Assembly (NCBI GenBank): GCA_026770705.1
Contig: JANJGN010000012.1
Coordinates: 77,686,001 to 77,750,000, forward strand
Source of the DNA: Isurus oxyrinchus
Taxonomy: Eukaryota
Reading direction: 5' to 3'
DNA length: 64,000 bases
In this document: positions 61,165 to 64,000 of the stretch, piece by piece
Numbering within the stretch: position 1 is the first letter of the stretch
Layout: every line of letters begins with the position of its first letter
The notes under the pieces: generated by a model
Database searches by the model: none
What the model saw: only the letters and a program-made list of their open reading frames with translations
What the model was told of the DNA's origin: nothing
Position numbers and translations under genes: made by a program

Positions 61165-62984
61165 CTTCATGTGACAAGAGACCAAAAGATTGATATTAAA
61201 ACTGGAATGAAGCACTTAATATTTAAATATAACCTTCATTCAGAATGTCTGAAATCAGCTATCACAAGAGTTAAACAAGTACAGACCTCAACAAGACTTT
61301 TGAAGCCCAAAGGTCGATGGTGCAGTTTGCTCTAGTACCACTTCCTGCCACTAGAGGATGCTTAGGATTTTCTCTAATGCAATTTTTACAATTTTGTCAG
61401 CCTTTCGTATCAGATTTGGTGCCAATTAAAACTCAAGAAAAACAGACCATGTCTGTCAGCACAGAGGAATCTAGTTAAATGGCTGAATATGAATTCCTTT
61501 TTATTGAACACAATTAACTAGCAATTTCACAGTGTATTTATTGGAATGATAACAGTGTACACATGGTAATGATTACAAAGCGACTAAGGTAGTTTAAATG
61601 CTTTATAGAGTCTACTTCATTCTTTGAATTATATACTCCCCATGCATGCACTGAGAGGAACTGCCTCTGGAAAGCCCATGCACAGTATGACACTGCTGAC
61701 GAATGGAACTGTACACAGTCTGCTTCTCCTGTGTTATATAAAGTCCGAGTTGTCACAGTCTTGTCTTAACTAAATAGTATTCGCAAATTTCAATGATTGG
61801 ATAGGTTTGATTGTAAAACATGGATGACACACAACATTTGAAGAATGAATTGACCCTACAGGATGGGCAAGCAGGATGGGAAAGCCTTTTCTGACCATCT
61901 CCATATGCTGTGCATGTGTTCTGATTTCTGCGTTTCTCCTCAATTTTTTGGGCCTCTGGTGAGCAAATTCTATCCATAAGCTTGTCATTATGCTTTTCCA
62001 AGCCATTTAGATCCTTTTGATCAACTGCACAGACTTATTTTTATTAATACTTGGAGGGAACAGGTCAAATTAATATCCTATGTGAAAATGCTCCCAAGGA
62101 TGTCTACCAAATCTGTAGCTGGGTTGCTATTAGAAGGGTTCCATTGATTTTAGATGAATCCTCTATTACCATCTATTTTGGGAAGGGTGCTGATAACTTG
62201 CTATTTGGATTTGCCCATATGGCAGCAATCATGAGAAACCCTATGAAGGTTGCTTTACTGTGACTTATGTATGAATCTGGAGGGAGGGCGTTACTCTGCA
62301 GATGGGCCTTCCCGAGATGAACACATGAGATTTTGAGCCAGTCAGGTGTTCAAATGTCTCTGGCAACTTTCCATGGGGAAAGTCCAGTTCCTAATCACCT
62401 ACTGTTAGTGAGGAAAGGAGAAGTACTTCCCAGCAGCTCCTTGTGGTTTCACTGACTAGTCTGTACTACTACACAATGGAGCATGGATGTTAACGAATCA
62501 GCAAGCTGACAGATGGATTTAAGAGAATCAAATCCCTCATTAAGACATTCTGCAATTTCTTTGGAGGCACTAGGACAGAAATGTGACTACCCACCATGGC
62601 AAAGGAACATTAATAAATGAGCTTTGCTTAGGAGTTGTAGGAACCAAGCTGTTGGGGAGGTGCAGAGGTAGGTCACGACCCAAAAGCACATCTACCTTGA
62701 AAAGATGCCATATCACTGTCTTCTCCACACCTTCCTTCTACAAAGGAATCAGTGGATGGGCCTTTCAAATAGCTCTGTCACATTTCCACAGATGTACTAC
62801 ATAAATGCAAGTTGCTGCTATTTATCTTTACCTATCGTCCACAGTGGAGGATGCAGGTATCAACACATAACAGTATAATAATACTTCCCCTATTAATTTT
62901 GGCGGCCTGCTCAATTTCCCCCTCACAACCATATATTTGAGTTAACGCTGTATTGATCCAACCCCGGATATGCAGTTTGAACAT

Positions 62985-64000
62985 AAAAGCCATGAGCAGA
63001 CCATGCAGCCCCTTGAGCCAGCTTTGCCATTCAATACGATCATGGCTGATCTTCTGCCTCAACCCCACTTTCCCATCCAATCTCATATCCTTCGATGCCC
63101 TGAGACCAAAAACATGTCTATCTTGGCCTTAAAAATATTCAATAAAACATCCACAACCCCGTGGGGTGAGAGTTCTAAAGATATGGACCGCAGCAGTTCA
63201 AGAAGACAACTCACCACCACCTTTTCAAGGGCAATTTGGGATGGACAATAAATGCTGGCTTAGCCAGCGACGCCCAGATCCCAAGAATGAATAAAAAAAA
63301 ATTTACAACGGTCAGTGAAGAAATTTCCTCACATACGAGTCTTAAATGATCGACTCATTATCCTGAGACTATGCCTGTGTTTAAGATTCCTCAGCGAGGT
63401 AAATACCTTCTCGGTGTCTATCTTGTCAAATCCCTCCAGAAACTTGTGTGTTTCAATAAGATCATCTCTCAATCTTCTAAAGTCTCATCCCTGGAACCAA
63501 CCTAGTGAAACTTCGCTGTACTGCCTCTAATGCAAGTGGTATCCTTCCTTAGATATGGAGGCCAAAACCACATAGTGTCCCAGGTGTGGTCTCACCAAAG
63601 CCCTGTACAATCACAGTAAGATTGCCTTATTTGTGTACCCCAATCCTCTTGCAATAAAGGCCAACATGCCATTTGCCTTCCTAGTTGCTTGCTGCAGCTG
63701 CATGCTAGCTTTGTGCTCCTTGTACTAGTACATTCAAGTCCTTCTGAACATCAACATTTACAGAATCTTGCCTTTCAAGAAATATTCTGTCCTTCTTTTC
63801 TTTCTACCAAAGTGAATAACCTCTCACATCCCCACATTATATTCCATCTACCACCTTGGCGCTGAGTCACTTAACCTGTCTATATTTCTTTGCAGCCCCC
63901 TCATAGCTCCCATTCCCATTTAACATTGTATCGTCAACAAACTTGGATGCATTACTCTGTCTCTTTGTCTAAGTCATGAATATAAATTGTGAATAACTAA
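62985..64000 (-). mobile_element. CR1-like LINE 3' portion with a nested + strand tail of the FADD-family LINE (about 63185-63300)
   Basis: CR1-type tail (ATCATGGCTGATCT, also at about 22205) plus decayed RT sequence near 63930. The nested tail reads GGGATGGACAATAAATGCTGGCTTAGCCAGCGACGCCC. Confidence 0.75.

Overview
This is eukaryotic vertebrate genomic DNA, most likely from a shark or other cartilaginous fish (inferred from the repeat families). Two spliced genes converge tail-to-tail. On +, the last two coding exons of a CAS-family scaffold gene (CASS4-like) lie at 9449-9529 and 13058-13498. On -, the last 12 coding exons of an AP-1 gamma-adaptin gene span 61164 to 31232, all with GT-AG boundaries and consistent phases. 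The rest is intron or intergenic DNA dense in repeats. It includes a 7.3-kb C/T-rich minisatellite, which explains the spurious long Pro/Ser ORFs, and many LINE and tRNA-SINE fragments. It also holds a hAT-type MITE, a decaying histone H2B copy nested in an intron, and three Penelope-like insertions with inverted arms, 13-15 bp TSDs and minimal hammerhead-ribozyme motifs with a non-canonical CUGU(C/U)GA core. The most interesting points are the hammerheads, a gamma-adaptin beside CASS4 that may be an ohnolog absent from mammals, the variant H2B fused head-to-head to a LINE, and a TSD-separated SINE dimer. Family assignments come from recalled protein and repeat motifs, not from database searches. 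Repeat boundaries are approximate unless a TSD is given.
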